Source: the human T2T-CHM13v2.0 reference genome, Homo sapiens
Strand: one strand, 5' to 3'
Assembly (NCBI RefSeq): GCF_009914755.1
Contig: NC_060938.1
DNA: 64,000 bases
The position numbers were made by a program, and so were the translations under genes. Shown here piece after piece: positions 1 through 14,689 of this stretch (position 1 is its first letter; each line of letters starts with the position of its first letter). The notes beneath the pieces are model-generated. The model made no database searches and had not been told where the DNA came from. It was given only the letters and a program-made list of their open reading frames with translations.

Positions 1-840
1 GCTGAGCTTGGGTTCAAATATACTAATAGATATGCCTGACATCAATATTCAACTCCGTGATGCCAAGAATTATATATAAAACACAGGACAGTAGAAACAG
101 GTTGGTATGAATACTCTCCAAATGTCCTTTTTTTTGTGATTGAAATTTTATTCTCATTAAATTTTACTGCTGTTGTCATCCTTTTTGTTTGGGGATAGGA
201 TCACGATAGGACAGGACAGTGCCACCCAAAGTATCTGTTACCAGACTGCAACTTAAGTATAAAAATTGGGAGTAACCATTCAGAAACTTTCATAGCAATT
301 TGACATTAATGTGACATCCAAGTGAATGATCAGCGGATTTGTCTCATTAAACAAAACAACGGCCAGTGCAGAATGCCAAACTTGCAGGGTGACTCCCACA
401 TGACTCAATACATACTGATCATACACAGCAGTACCATGCATGGGTCTGTGACGGGTTTAAAAAAAAAACAAATGGGTCTTTCCCTACAGATAGCTTAAAA
501 AGCACTAGGCTTTGCAGTTGAAGTTTAAAGGTGTAATAAATGTACTCTGCTTCCCATTTGTCCCTGGTACAGGGCAGATACAAGGTGACCAGCCTCTCAG
601 AAGCTGCCCAAGCCCTATAGAGCCTCCTTTGGGGACTTATCAAGGTGTCCTCAGACTAGTGACCATGACACCAACTATGCTGTTCTTTCACCAAGGTCAG
701 TTCTTAACATGTTTAATTATTTCATAGAGAGTGGGCATGTAAGGGAAACCTAAGAGGGGAGGAATTGGAACTTAATATTCATTCCCAAGTATCTCACACA
801 TGACTTGCAGTGGCCATCTCTATTTGAAATCTAATGTTAA

Positions 841-1790
841 TTTTTTAATTTATATACATTTATGGGATATAAGTGCAATTTTGTTACTTGTGTAGTGATC
901 AAGTCAGGGATTTTAGGGTATCTATCACCCTAAATAACACATGTTGTACTCGTTAAGTAATTTCTCATCATCCACCCCTCTCATCTCCTCACCCTGAGTC
1001 TCCAGTGTCTGTTATCCCACTCTCTATGGCCATATGTACACATTTTTAGCACCCACTTAAGAGTGAAAACATGCGGTATTTGTCTTTCAGTGTCTGAGTC
1101 ATTTTACTTAAGATAATGATGTCCATTTCCATCCATGTTGCTGCAAATGACAGGATTTCATTCTTTTTTTTAGTCTGAATAGTATTTCATTGTGTATATA
1201 TATACCACATTTTCTTTATCCAGTCATCTGTAGATGGATGCTTAGGTTGATTCCATATCTTTGCTATTCCAAATAGTGCTGTGGTAAACATAGGAGTGCA
1301 GGTATCTTTGATATATTGATTACTTTTCCTTTGGATAGATACCCAGTAGTGGGATTGCTGGATCAAATGGTAATTCTATTTGAAAAATCTTCATACTGTT
1401 TTCTATAGAGGTTGTACTAATTTACATTCCCACCAACAGTGTATAAGAGTTTCCTTTTATCCACATTGTTGCCAACATCTAATATGTTTTCTTTGTAGTA
1501 ATAGCCATTCTAACTGGGTTAAGCTAATCTCATTATGGTTTTCATTTGCATTTCCCTGATGATTAGCAATGTTGAACATTTTTTGCACATATCTGTTGGC
1601 CATTTGTATGTCTTCTTTTGAGAAATGTCTATTCGTGTCCTTGGCCTGCTTTTTAATGGAATTATTTGGGTTTGTTGTTGTTGTTGTTGTTGCTGAGTTG
1701 TTTGAACTTTTTGTATATTCTGGATATTAGTCCCCTGTCTGATGAATAGTTTCAAATATTTTCTCCCATTCTGTGGTTAATTTGTAGGCA
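841..1790 (-). mobile_element. LINE-1 3' fragment (L1MA/L1PB4-like), 5'-truncated
   Basis: Antisense L1 3'UTR and ORF2 C-terminus (ccatccatgttgctgcaaatgacaggatttcattc; ORF 1519-1755 reads [16 protein letters not shown]); T-rich tail at left end. Confidence 0.9.
1672..1692. repeat. (GTT)n microsatellite inside L1
   Basis: ttgttgttgttgttgttgttg seen directly. Confidence 0.9.
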
Positions 1791-1974
1791 GTTTCACTTG
1801 TGGTGGTTAACTTATAGGCAGTCACTTTTGTTGTGATGGCTGGTCTTTCCTTTGGCCTAATTTTATTGTTAGTCAACAAGGCTTTGGATTCAGAATCTGA
1901 CATCCCTTGTCTCACCCGCCCAGTCTCCTCCGTCTCCGTTTATCTAGCACACGTTACTTACAGCATCAGCATCA

Positions 1975-2200
1975 TCATTACAGCAGCTACAATAGACTGA
2001 AAACCAATGTGTCAAACATGGGGCAGGGACTTTATGTAAATTATTTCATTTAACTCATAAAAACTACATAAAGTACATATAATTATCCCCATTTTCCATA
2101 AGAAGGAACTAAAGCTTAGGAAGGTTATTTTTTCTGGGTGACATGGTTAATAAGAAGCAGGGCAAAACTTTGATTTCAAACCCTGTGCTCCTAACCACTT
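1975..2200 (-). mobile_element. MIR SINE
   Basis: Antisense MIR core: aattatccccattttccataagaaggaactaaagcttaggaaggtt...gctcctaaccact. Confidence 0.75.
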
Positions 2201-2851
2201 CAGGTAAGTAAATATTCAACATTGTTAATATCTCCATGTAGTTAGTAGTAAGTATCTCTACTTTAAAGATGAGAAAATTGGCATAGAGAGAAGGTAAGAC
2301 ACCCAGTAATAAGGCAAGTGAGTTCTCCTGACTCAGAATGATGTCCTTCAGGCTAAAGCTCACTTAGAGATTGCTTTTTTCCTTTTGTTACTGTTATCCA
2401 CAAATGTTCTACTATGCTGTTTTTAAGTCATTCATTGTACTGTATACATGGAGATTTACTTGAGCTGAATATCTCAGAAAAGGCAACAACGAAACACGTC
2501 GATTTACTTTAAGTTGTGAAATCCTAGTGCTTCTAGACTGTGTTTTTTTTACTTTGGTTAATATTTGATTAAGGCTCCTTATAGTTTGAAGGCAAAATGA
2601 GATTGTGTACAAAGAAAGCAAGCTAAACTACATTACAAGGAATAGGACAAAAATGGAAGAACATTAGTTCTCAAAAATTATGGTGGCTATGTTAAAAATT
2701 CTATGGTCACAATGAAAATATCACATAGCACTTATGAGGGCATTGACAGTTTTTTGAGGTATAAAATTTGGCCTTCACTAAATTTTTAATGTCAATATGG
2801 AATACTGAATCTAAATACTGGGATTCTAAAAATAAGCCCTTAAAAAACATT

Positions 2852-2892
<41 letters not shown>
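2852..2892. repeat. compound (TC)n(TG)n microsatellite
   Basis: Seen directly. Confidence 0.95.
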
Positions 2893-3334
2893 TTGTGTAT
2901 TTTTTCCCCACAACCAGGTGATTCATTATTTTTTCCAAATACATGGGTAGAGAAAGGAAAATTGCCGATTAGACCTTCCTTTTCCAGGCTCCCAGGACAG
3001 CTCGTCTCTCTCCTCACATGGCTTTTGATTTTTCTGTTGGAGCCAAGGTACTTAATGTAGTCCCTAGAAAGTAACTCTAGAAAGAGGGATTAAGTTTGTT
3101 AGGAGGAGCAGGATGAAGGGTTTCTAAGAGAATTTCTTACATTTTAATGTTTGTGGTTTTATTGCACTAATTCCTTTATTTTTTCATAACAATTCCCCAA
3201 CTTAAGAGTTCACTTGACTAAAGTCTAAGGTGTCACTTGAACTTGTTCTCCCCAAAGAGGACTCCTTAACCTTATTAACACCCTCTCCACCCTCCCTTGC
3301 TCCAGCTCCAGCTGATTGGAAGAAAGTAACTTGA

Positions 3335-3697
<363 letters not shown>

Positions 3698-5037
3698 GGA
3701 AAGCCTTGTCTTTTGTAGGGAGCCAAAATGGTCTTCACCCATGAGGGTCTGAAACAGCCATTTCCTATTGTGTTTAAGAAACACTGACACCTCAGGAAAG
3801 CACAAATGAACCTGCTGTTGCTACAGCAGAAGCAGGAGAGTAGGTGTGTCACTACCTGGGGAAGCAAGTAAAAATGCCTCCTTAACGGGCAGTCATGTGA
3901 CCAGGGCTCTCTCTACTAACTCTCACATTGCTACTGATATTCTCTTCACTCCTCCCTCAGGCGTCAGGATGCTCAGGGGATTGGCTTTAGTACTGAGAAC
4001 TGCCGGGGAGAGAAGAGAGATTTTGCTTTCAAGGCACAGCCACATGTTCATGTTGGGGCTGCGCCTGTGGCCTCATTATGATATGCACTATTTCTTGGGT
4101 GTTCTGGTAGTCTTTGATGAAGTGGTGGTTTCTGCAAAGATGGCATGTATAATCTTCTTGGGATTGTGTTCAACTGTACACAAGCCCCGCTATCACTAGG
4201 ACTCCTCCAAAGGAGCTGCCATGTTTTCCTTAGGCTGCCCAGTGATTAGATTCTCCTCTGGGTTGGATTCCCCAATACTTGGCCCAGTAAGTAGCACCTG
4301 GGCAGCCCCATGGCTCAAGGCTGTCTACCAGCTTCCCTGAGCCTTTACAGGGAGTAGTAGGGTCCTCAGAGGCACTCTTCTGTATCCTCTGAGGGCTGAG
4401 GAGATGAGTATGGGGGAGGGGTTTCCTAGATACCTCACACCATGGTCTTTTCAAACCCTGTTGGCACAAGCTGCTTTCTCAGGCCTTCACACATCTCTAG
4501 ACCAGACGCAGGTGTTCCTTGATCTGTTTCCCACAACTCTCAAACTTCAGGGAAACCATGTAAAACTCCCCCTACCCACAAAGAATTCTCTTACATACCA
4601 CTTTGAGGGCAGCACCAAGAAGGGACTGTGAGTTCTTCAGTTCAGGGAGCTGCTGCCCTTCTTCCAGGCTACCCAACCTCTTCCTGATTCTCCACCTGTC
4701 CCTCTTCTTTAGGGTGGAGGGGAGAGAATAGCTCCTATTTTCCATAAACACTGGCCTCCACCCAGGGTAGCTTCCTCCCATTTGGCCCTTTTCTTATATT
4801 GTCTAGGGTGGGAGGTATCTGTACCAGTTCTATATGATTGGTGTCTGAGCAGCCTTGAAAGAAAGCTCTCTGTCCCCAAATGGGACTGGCTCATGGGCAG
4901 CTCCATGGATTGAGAATGTGTGTGACAAAGATTTCCCTTCCCTCTCAGGATTAGTCCAATTACCAGGACAATAGGAAAAGCTCCTCTAAACATCCTCTAC
5001 ACAGAGATAAGATCCTTTACAATGACTAACCCAATGC

Positions 5038-5356
<319 letters not shown>

Positions 5357-5510
5357 TAATGTTTGTAACTTAGATGTTGGTTCCCTTGCATCCTTCTTCC
5401 TGTGAGGTTTATCACCCAAGGGTATAAGAGAGCTCATACTTAGGAAAACTTCAACAAGACCACAGGTTTCACTCAGGAACCAGATTTATTAAATTATTCT
5501 AGCTCCCTTT

Positions 5511-5632
5511 CAAGGCCAGCTTTATGAGTGCATGACCCGTGCATGGAGCCTCCCGAGATTCGTAATAAGTTCTGAGAAAAGGGCCTTGCCTTTCATCTTG
5601 TATCAGGGCTCATGAATTATGTGGCCTTCCTG
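5511..5632. mobile_element. MER91-like hAT-Tip100 non-autonomous DNA transposon
   Basis: caaggccagctttatgagtgcatgacccgtgca...aattatgtggccttcctg resembles both MER91A termini as recalled. Confidence 0.6.
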
Positions 5633-5699
5633 CTCCTGTTAGTGTATTCCACCTAGCACAGGCCTCACGGCCTCTGGGTATAGCAAAGATAAGAATCAG

Positions 5700-6500
5700 T
5701 GAAATAAAAAAGAAAGAAAAATCAATATTTTCTGGTCAGAGGAAACCAGGAGGCAGAGACACGTAGGAAAGCAACCTGACTGATCAGCAGTGTGTCCTGA
5801 TTTCCCTTCTCTGACTGAAGCCCAGAGAGGGAAAGGAACATAATAAGATAGGTTTGGAGGAGCCAGATGGAAGAGGCTTCGATTCCTGGTCCTAATCAGA
5901 AATCTGGCAAGAGAGTCAGTCTGCCCCTTCTCAAAGGGAGCCCGGGCCCAGCAATGTAAACTTCGTGGTGTGGAATGGTTCAGCACAGGGGAGACGTGAA
6001 AGCTCTCTAGCCAGCCTGGCTCCTGTCCCATGTGGATTGGAGTCAGTTGTTCCCTTGACCCCCAGGAGCAGACTGGAAAGCCTTCAGTGAACCCAATTTA
6101 GTGGCCCTCCAATCCACCCTGGACCCACCACAGGGCTCGCTGTGTTGGCGGGGTTCTAGGCCAAGACTAGGGAGGCTTTCCAGTGGGGGGCCCTGACGAA
6201 GGGGCTTCAGCCACGGAAATCTAAATGACAATGCAGGGTGAATCTGAGAACCCTGGCACTCTGCCAGGACAAATTCCCATGAGCCCCACTCCTGTCATAA
6301 CCCAGAGAGTAGGGAGCAGAAATAAGAGAGGCAAGCACAATCTAAAAGGCCTATTTTAAATGATGGTCTAATCAGTTCAATGTGGGGTTGACAACTGCTT
6401 CTTTCTCACTCCTTTGTAGGTGGGAGTTTGTGAGGAAGACTGGGTTGATCATAAACAAAAATAATATAATTAAATTTCTTTTGCACCCCTAAGCTCATAA
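5700..6500 (+). mobile_element. possible ancient LTR (LTR78-88/Gypsy-like class)
   Basis: GC-richer block ending taaatttcttttgcacc, reminiscent of old LTR 3' ends; family not resolved. Confidence 0.3.
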
Positions 6501-6649
6501 CACTGCTATATTTTATGTTGTCCCAAGTGCTCCATTGACATTTTAATTATGCATTATAAAAGAACACAAAGATAGGTGTAAGTCAAATCCACACATATAA
6601 TCCCCAAGCTATAATTTAATAATTCCAAATTCTCTGTTACCAAAACTTA

Positions 6650-6870
6650 TGCTTCATAGTTTACTGCAGTTTTACTAAATTGCTTTCACAAACATTGTCT
6701 TATTTGACCTCACAATGATCCCGCAAGGCAGGCAGGAAAAATAACATTGTCCACATTTCGCAGGGGACTCAAGGATGCTACATGACGTGTCTAAGGCCAC
6801 AAAGCCATTAAGAGGCACTGCCAGCCTCGGAGGCCAGGCTAGACTCCATGTGCTCTTCTATCATACCACG
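6650..6870 (-). mobile_element. MIR SINE
   Basis: tatttgacctcacaatgatccc...tctaaggccacaaagcc antisense MIR core. Confidence 0.65.
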
Positions 6871-7576
6871 CCATTCATACCTGTTCAACACGTTATTATC
6901 AGACTGCTACAACGTGACAAATGTAGTGATGCCTTACTCTTTCTGACTCTGCTAATCCACTTCCCTTCATGGTCAGGGAACTTTTGCAGGCAGTTGCCCT
7001 GTTTTCCATTTCATTAATTCCTGCTCTGACCTTTATTATTTCCTGCCTTCTGCTTACTTTGATTTCATTTTCTCCTTTTTTTCTAGTCTCTTAAGATGGA
7101 AGCTGAGATCTTTGATTAAAGCTTTTTTAATATAAGCCTTTAATGCCACACATTTTCCTCCAAATACTGTTCTAGCAGTGTCACACACCTTTTGGTGGTA
7201 TTTTCCTTCATTTCATTTTCATTTCATTCAGTGCAAATTTCAAAGAAGACATTTTTGATCTATGGTTTTCTTTTTTTAGAAGTGTGTTAGTCTCCAAATA
7301 TTGACAAGATTTTCTAGATACGTTTTTGTATCTGAATATTGGAATGAAATTCCAATTTAATTCCAATGGAAGCAGAAAACATACTCTGTATGACTTAAAT
7401 CTTTTAACATTTCAGACTTATTTTTATTGCTAGGATATGGTCTATCTTGGTAAATATTCTGTGTGTTTTCTGCTGTTTTGTATATATAAATGTTATATAA
7501 CATATAAATATTATATAAATATTGATTAGGTCAAGTTTGTTGATAATGTTGTTCAAGTCTTCTATATCCTTACTGA

Positions 7577-7900
<324 letters not shown>

Positions 7901-8938
7901 TTGTTCTATCAATTATTTAGAAAGGGATACTAAAATATTTGACTATAATTGTGAATGTTTTCATTTCTCTTTGCAATTCTCTGAGTTTTTCCTTCATGTA
8001 TTTTGAAGTTCTATTATTAGGTGCGTGAACATCTAGGACTTTTATTTCCTCTTGTTGAAATTGATCCCATTATCATTATGAAGTGACCTGCTTTATCTCT
8101 GGTGTTACTCTTTGCGCTGAAATTTTTGCTTGATATTAATATGGCCAGTGACATGAGTTTTCTATTGATTAGCATTTTCATGGTTTATGTTTTGCCACAT
8201 TTTTACTTTTAATCTCTTTGTGCTCAAATATTTAAAGCAGGTTTCCTGTAACAGCATTATATTTAGGTCTTGCCTTTTTATCTAATGTGACAATCTTTCA
8301 ATTGGGATCTTTATTTACCTTTCACTCTAACATGTTGATATTTGTTTTTATTAGCGCCATCTGTTCTATGTTCTGTTTTTCATTTTTTACTGTCATCTTT
8401 TAGATGAAGTGAGTTTTTTAAATGATTATATTTTATTTTCTTTTTTGGCTTATTAACTATAATTCTTTGTTGTTTTACTTATTTGTTTTTATCAGTTTCT
8501 TTAGAGTTCATGGTACATGTCTAAAACTTATTATAGTCTACCTTCAAGCAATGATATGTCACTTACATGTATACTAAGAACTTTACAATAATATACTTCC
8601 ATTTATTTTCTCCCAGACTTTATGCAATTTTTATCATCATTCTTACTTCTACTTTTGTTATAAACCCCAGACTATATTGTTGTTTTTGCTGTTAACAATT
8701 ATCTTTTAAAGATACTTAAAACATAAGAAACATTTTACATATTTAGTCACATAGTTACCATTTTCTGTACTCTTCATTCTTTTATGTAGATTTGGATTTC
8801 CACCTAGCATAATTTTTCTTCTGTTAGAGTCCCCTGTGGTTCTTCAGTTGACAAATTCTGTCAGCTTTGGTATGTGTGATAAAGGCTTTATTTCTCCTTC
8901 ATTTAGAAATTTTTTTTCTGGGTATAGGATTATAGGTT

Positions 8939-8940
<2 letters not shown>

Positions 8941-8980
<40 letters not shown>
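8941..8980. repeat. (TG)20 microsatellite
   Basis: Perfect 40-nt TG run. Confidence 0.98.
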
Positions 8981-8989
<9 letters not shown>

Positions 8990-9689
8990 TACTTTTAAAA
9001 ACGTTGCACCACTGGCTTTTCACTTGCATTATTTCTGGTGAGAAATCTGCAGACACTCTTATTTTTTTCTCTGTAAATAATATGTTTTTTTGTCTCTGGC
9101 TGCTTTTAGATTTTCTCTTTATCAATGGTTTTGGACAATTTAATTATGATACGCTTTAGTGAAGTTTTCTTCATGTTTCTCATCCTTGAGATTTGTTTAG
9201 TTTCCTGGTTTGGTATATGTGAACACTAATTACCCATATATATGCCTTTTGAAATTGTTGTACAGTTGAGTAATACTCCATTACTTTATTTTTTTCTTAG
9301 TCTTTTTTCTCTGTATGTATCATCTTGGATAGTTTCTATTGTTATAACTTCAAGTTGATGCATATTATCTTCTGTAATATCTAATTTGCCAATAATCCTA
9401 TTCAGTATGTTTTTTATCCCAGATATTATAGTTTTCTCTATGATTTGATTCCAGTCATATATATATATTCCATGTCTTAACATTGTCAATATTTCTTCTA
9501 GCTTTTCAAATATATGGAATATAGTTATAATAACTGTCTTAATGTCCTTGTCTGCTAATTCTAATGTCTGTGTCAGTTTTCTTAATGGATTTTTCTCTTT
9601 ATTATGGGTCATATTTTTGCTTATTTTTAAGCGTGGTAATCTTTGACTAGATGCCAGGTGTTGTAAATTGTTGGACTTTGGATTTTTCT

Positions 9690-11478
9690 TTTACTGTAAA
9701 AACCCTTAACATGAGATATACTCATTAAAAAATTCTATATAATAAATTGCAATATTGTATAGAAGATCTCTAGAACCTATTCTTCTTGCATAACTGACAG
9801 TTTATAATCATTGAACAGGAACTCTCCATTTCCCCCTCCTCCCAACCCTTGGAAACCACCATTCTATCCTCTTTCTATGAGTTTGACTATTATAAACACC
9901 TCATATAAGTGGAATCATGCAATAAATCTAATTCTGTGACTGGTTTATTTCACTTAGCATAATGTCCCCTGGAATCATCTATGTTGTTATATATGTCGGG
10001 ACTTGCTTCTTTTTTAAGGCTGAATAATATTACTTTGCATGTTTATATCATATTTTCTCTATTCATCTACTGATGGACATTTAGATTGCTTTCCCCTCTT
10101 GGCAATGGTGAATAAAGCTGTAATAAATATGGGAGTACAGATAATTCTTTGATATCCTTATTTCAGTTATTTTGGTTATATACCCAGAAGTGTAACTGCT
10201 GGATCATATGGTAGTTCTATTTTTGATCTTTTGAGGGGCTGGGCATGGTGGCTCACATCTGTAATCCCAGCACTTTGGGAGGGTGATGTGAGTGGATTGC
10301 TTGAACCTAGGAGTGCAAGACCAGCCTGGACAACATGGTGAAACCCCATCCCTACACAAAATACAAAAATTAGCTAGGCATAGTGGTGCATGCCTGTGAT
10401 CCCAGCTACTAGGAAGACTGAGGTGGGAGGATCACCTGAGCCCAAGAAATTGAGGCTGCCATGAGCTATGTTTGTGCCACTGCACTCCAGCCTGGGTGAC
10501 AGAGCAAAAAAAGAAAAAAAAAATTCTTTTTTAGGGAACTGTATACTCTTTTACATAGTGGTTACATAGAGACATTTTACATTCTCAGTAGCAGTGTACA
10601 AGGTTTCCAATGTCTCCAAACTCTTGCCAACACTTATCTTTTGTTTCGGTCAGTGCTACCCTAATAGGTATAAGGTTTTGATTTGCATTTCCCTGGTGAT
10701 TAGTAATGTTGAGCATCTTTTTATAAAACTGTTGACTATTTCTATATCTTCTTTGAAGAAATCTCTATTCAAGTTCTTTGGCCATTTTAAAATTAGATTA
10801 TTTGCTCTTTCTTTGCTTGTTTTTTTTTTTTGTTTGCTTTTTGCTATCGAGTTTAAGGAGTTTTCTAATATATTTTGAATATTAATTCTTTATCAGATAT
10901 ATGACTTGCAGTTCTTTTCATTTCTTTTTACTCTGTTCATTGTTTCTTTTTCTGTGTCACTTTTTAGTTTGATGTGGTCCTGTTTACTTATTTTTGCTTT
11001 TGTAGCCTGAGATTTTGGTGTGATATCCAAAAAATCATTGCCAAGTCCAATGTCAAAGAGCTTTTTCCCAGTTGTTATCGTCTAGGAGTTTTATAGTTTT
11101 GGGTCTTGCATTTAGGTCTTTTTTTCGCTTTGAGTTCATTTTTGTGCATGTTGTAAGATTAGGGTCCAATTTCATTATTTTGCATGTGGAAATCCAGTTT
11201 TCCCAACATAATTTGTTGGCAATATTATTTTTTCCCCATGTGTAACATGGCACCCTTTTTGAGAATAAGTTGACTACATATGCATTGATTTATCTCTGGA
11301 CTGTCTATTTTATTCCATTAGTCTAAATGTCTGTTTTTATGCCAATACCATACTGTTTTTATTACTGTACCTTTATAATATATTTCAAAATTAGCAAGTG
11401 TGAGGCCTCCAGCTTTGTTCTGGCTATCCAGTATCTTTTGTGTTTCCATACAAATTTTATAATTGTTTTTTCTATCTC
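9690..11478 (-). mobile_element. LINE-1 3' fragment (L1MB-like) nested in older L1
   Basis: Antisense L1MB 3'UTR (agatctctagaacctattcttcttgcataactgacagtt) and ORF2 C-terminal peptides (WENWISTCKIMKLDP; [14 protein letters not shown]). Confidence 0.88.
10237..10523 (+). mobile_element. AluJ nested in L1MB
   Basis: ggctgggcatggtggctcac...aggtgggaggatcacctgagccc...A-tail. Confidence 0.93.
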
Positions 11479-12784
11479 TATTGTGTGCTGGATATTTTTG
11501 TATTCCTACAAATACACTTGAGCTTTTTTTCTGAGACATAGTTCAGGTGCTTAAAAACAGTTTATCCTTATTTGGGTCTTGCTTTTAAGATTTATTAGTC
11601 AGTATCAGAATAGCATTTAGTGAAGCAATAATTATTTCCTATTATTGAAATAAGATCCTAATGAATATTCTCCCAATGCCCCTTAAATTATGAGTTTTTT
11701 TCTGTCCTGCTGGTGTGAATAAGCATTATTTCCAGTACTGTGTGAGTCTCAGATACCAATAATCATGTAAGAAGGCTCTTTCCAGGGAGCTGGGTAGTTT
11801 CCTCACATGTTTATAATCATCAATACTTTTTGAATACTCAAGACAGGTGCTCAGAAGATCTCTCCGTTTCTCTCTCTCTCTGTATAGTTCTCTCCTCTCC
11901 GGCACTCTACCCACTGACATCTAACCACATTGGTTTTTCTACATTCTTAGCTCTATCTCTTCACCTCAGGGAATCAGACTCTGTGTGAGTCCCCTCTGCT
12001 TGTGCTGCACACAGGAAACTCTCTCTCCAGGAATAAGCTGGGGTGACTGTGAGACTTGGACCATCTGTTTCCCATCATTCAGAGATTATTGGCCTTCATT
12101 GCCTGAAATTCAATGTCTTGAAAACAGCGGTTGCATATATTTTATCCAATTTTTAATTGTTTTAGGTAGAAGGATAAAGCTGGTCTCCATGACCTCATCT
12201 TGGTCAGAAGCAGGCATCTTTTCTGATCAATCTTGATGTACATATCTGCAAGCGTTCTCTTGGCAGGGGAAACTGTTTACTTTCTAGAATATCTACTATT
12301 ATTTTAAAAATCCTACAACTAGGTGAAATGTAAAGGGATAAAGAATGATAATGCCTATAACAAGGAAAATTGTAAAAATACATTATAAAAGTCTACATAA
12401 TGAAGACTTAGAACAAAAATTGTGTACAAAGTTAAGTTTTAGGAAGAGTAAGTTATTACAATAATTTCTGATATGCACTGATTTGTAAAATATCAAAGCT
12501 CCCTACTGTACATTAAACTATCTATTTTGTATAGGTTTTTATACATTTATTACCACATAAATAATTCTCTCACAGAGACATGAAGTCAATAAAGCAGATT
12601 TTAAAAAAATAGAAAACACTATCAGCGCATATTCTTAACCAGAGACTAAAGGCATTTTTCCTTAAATAAAGCATAAAATTGATTTAAGATTAGCGCAAAA
12701 GATCTTGTGAAGGGAACTATTTTAGCAGGAGAATACAATAACACAAATGTTGAATGACCCTGGCAAGAGGGAATACCACTAATA

Positions 12785-13230
12785 TTTGAGTGTTCTTGGT
12801 TGTAAGCAACAGAAACCTTCTCATGTTACTTAAAAAAAAAGATGGAATTTGTTAAAAAGGTGTTGAGAGGCTCACAGAACTGATGTGAAAGCTGTAGTGC
12901 CTATCTAGGAAAGCAGGCTGAAAACAAGGAATTTGGGAGGTTAGAGCTACTGCTAAAACATTCCATAGGTCACAGCTGGAAACACCCCTACTCCCGGTGA
13001 AATGAATTCAAACCAGGGCTACTTTTTTATATTACTCAATCAAGTTTCAAAGTCTTGGGCAAGAGCATTAAGTTGGATAAATCTAATTCATGTGCCTGCA
13101 TTCCTGCTGCTAGGATTGAGAGAAAACATGAAACGCTGCCTCCCTCCCAAACTCTCCCAGTGATAGATTCCCTGACTAAAGAGAATAGGTTCAGGTGCTG
13201 CACAGCATAATAAAACAACAAGTTCCTCTA
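12785..13230 (-). mobile_element. old ERVL/MaLR solo LTR (MLT1N/LTR41/LTR33-like)
   Basis: ttcttggttgtaagcaacagaaacc...ggaatttgtt...ggctcacagaa is the typical antisense end of these LTRs. Confidence 0.55.
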
Positions 13231-13462
13231 TATCTATCATTCTGGAACTTTCATTTTGTTCTGTTTGAAAAAATTGTACAAGACTTGGACAAGAAGCAAA
13301 GGGATTAGTGAGAACCCATTCTATGTAGTGCTAGATCTTATCTAGCAGGCTGATTTTTCTAGGGAATTTTACCTTTATTCACCTTGCTACTTGCTATTGA
13401 TTAGGATATTTTACAACTCTGTAAGGGTAGATACTAATTGTAGAAAACAGAGTGATGCCAAT

Positions 13463-13837
13463 TGCTATGGTTTGAGTGTCCCCATCAAAACTCATGTTGA
13501 AATTTAATTGCCATTGTGACAGTATTTAGAAGTGGGAACTTTAAGAAATGATTAGGCCATGAGGGCTCTGCCCTTATGAATGGATTAATGCCATTATCAT
13601 GGGAGTGGTTTAGTTATCATGGGAGTGGGTTCTTGATAAAAGGATGAGTTCAGCGTCTCCCTTTCCTCCTCTTTCTCTTGCATGCTTCCTCACTATATGA
13701 TGCCTTCTACCATATTATGATGCAGCGAGAAAGCCCTCACCAGATGCAGCCCCTTGACCTTGCCAAATAAGCTTCTTTTTAAATATGTTACTCAGTCTGT
13801 GGTATTCTCTTACAGCAGCAAAAAAAGGACTAAGAAA
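13463..13837 (+). mobile_element. MaLR solo LTR (MSTD/MSTC-like)
   Basis: Starts tgctatggtttgagtgtcccc, ends ggactaagaaa; near-matching 5-bp TSD ccaat/caaat. Confidence 0.88.
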
Positions 13838-14367
13838 CAAATGATTCTTGTCTTGTAGCAATGCAAAAGAATTGGTTCAGTAATACAAGTAATGTTTATC
13901 TAAAAGAAAAGAGAGCCCCAACACTGTAGTTTTACTGTCAAAAAGTTTTACTATTTACTTATAGAACATTAACCAATTTTAAAATCTAAATTATCAATCT
14001 TACTCATTGTTTGAGTGAATATAAGCATTTTAGTTTCCCCAGTTCTCTTTGAACTAGCTTTCCCATCTTGCTAGTTCCATCATTAATGTGTTAAGTTTTA
14101 GCTATGCATTCACTTTATATGTGTAAGAATCATGTCCTTTTGAAACTTTTTGTAATTTATACTTTGATGATGCTTTCTGCCAATATCAATATACTCAGCT
14201 TCAAGAGATACCTTGATGTTTCAAGTTTCTCTAGCTTATTTGTTGACAAAAGGTATAAAGATAAAGAAATTTGTTTTCCTTAGCACAACTAAGACATACT
14301 AGAGAATATTTTTAACTCATACAGATATGAGGTAAAAAGAATATCAAATATTCAGAGGCATAATAAT

Positions 14368-14590
14368 ACAGTGTTTAAGAGTGCAAACTCCAGAGTCAGA
14401 ATAGTTGATGTTTATTGGTTTTGTAACTTAAGATTACAAGTTACTCAATCTTTCTTTGCCTCAGTTTCCTCTTCTATAAATTTCTGATAATGTCTATTAA
14501 GCTGTTTTGAGGATTAAATGACTTGGTGCCTAGAAAGAACTTAAAGTGGTGCCTGAAACACAGAAAGCAGTATACAATTATAGTTAATAT
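14368..14590 (+). mobile_element. MIR SINE
   Basis: cagtgtttaagagtgcaaactccagagtcaga...gcctcagtttcctc...gaggattaaatga. Confidence 0.8.
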
Positions 14591-14689
14591 CATTAATGTT
14601 TATGCTTCAGGTTTACAAAGCACAGATGTATAATCCTTTAATAGCCAATGGTACCACTTTTCAAACACACAGCTTTTCTGCCATTCCAT

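Noticed and set aside
1519-1755. Poly-glutamine-containing ORF
   Set aside because: Translation of a (CAA)n microsatellite inside an L1 ORF2 remnant.
1773-1835. Two copies of a 30-bp unit (gtggttaa...taggcagt..cactt)
   Set aside because: Simple local tandem duplication at an L1 end; no spacers or further units, so not CRISPR-like.
3846-4199. 117-aa hydrophobic ORF in unique sequence
   Set aside because: Non-ATG start, crosses the putative splice acceptor, no recognisable domain.
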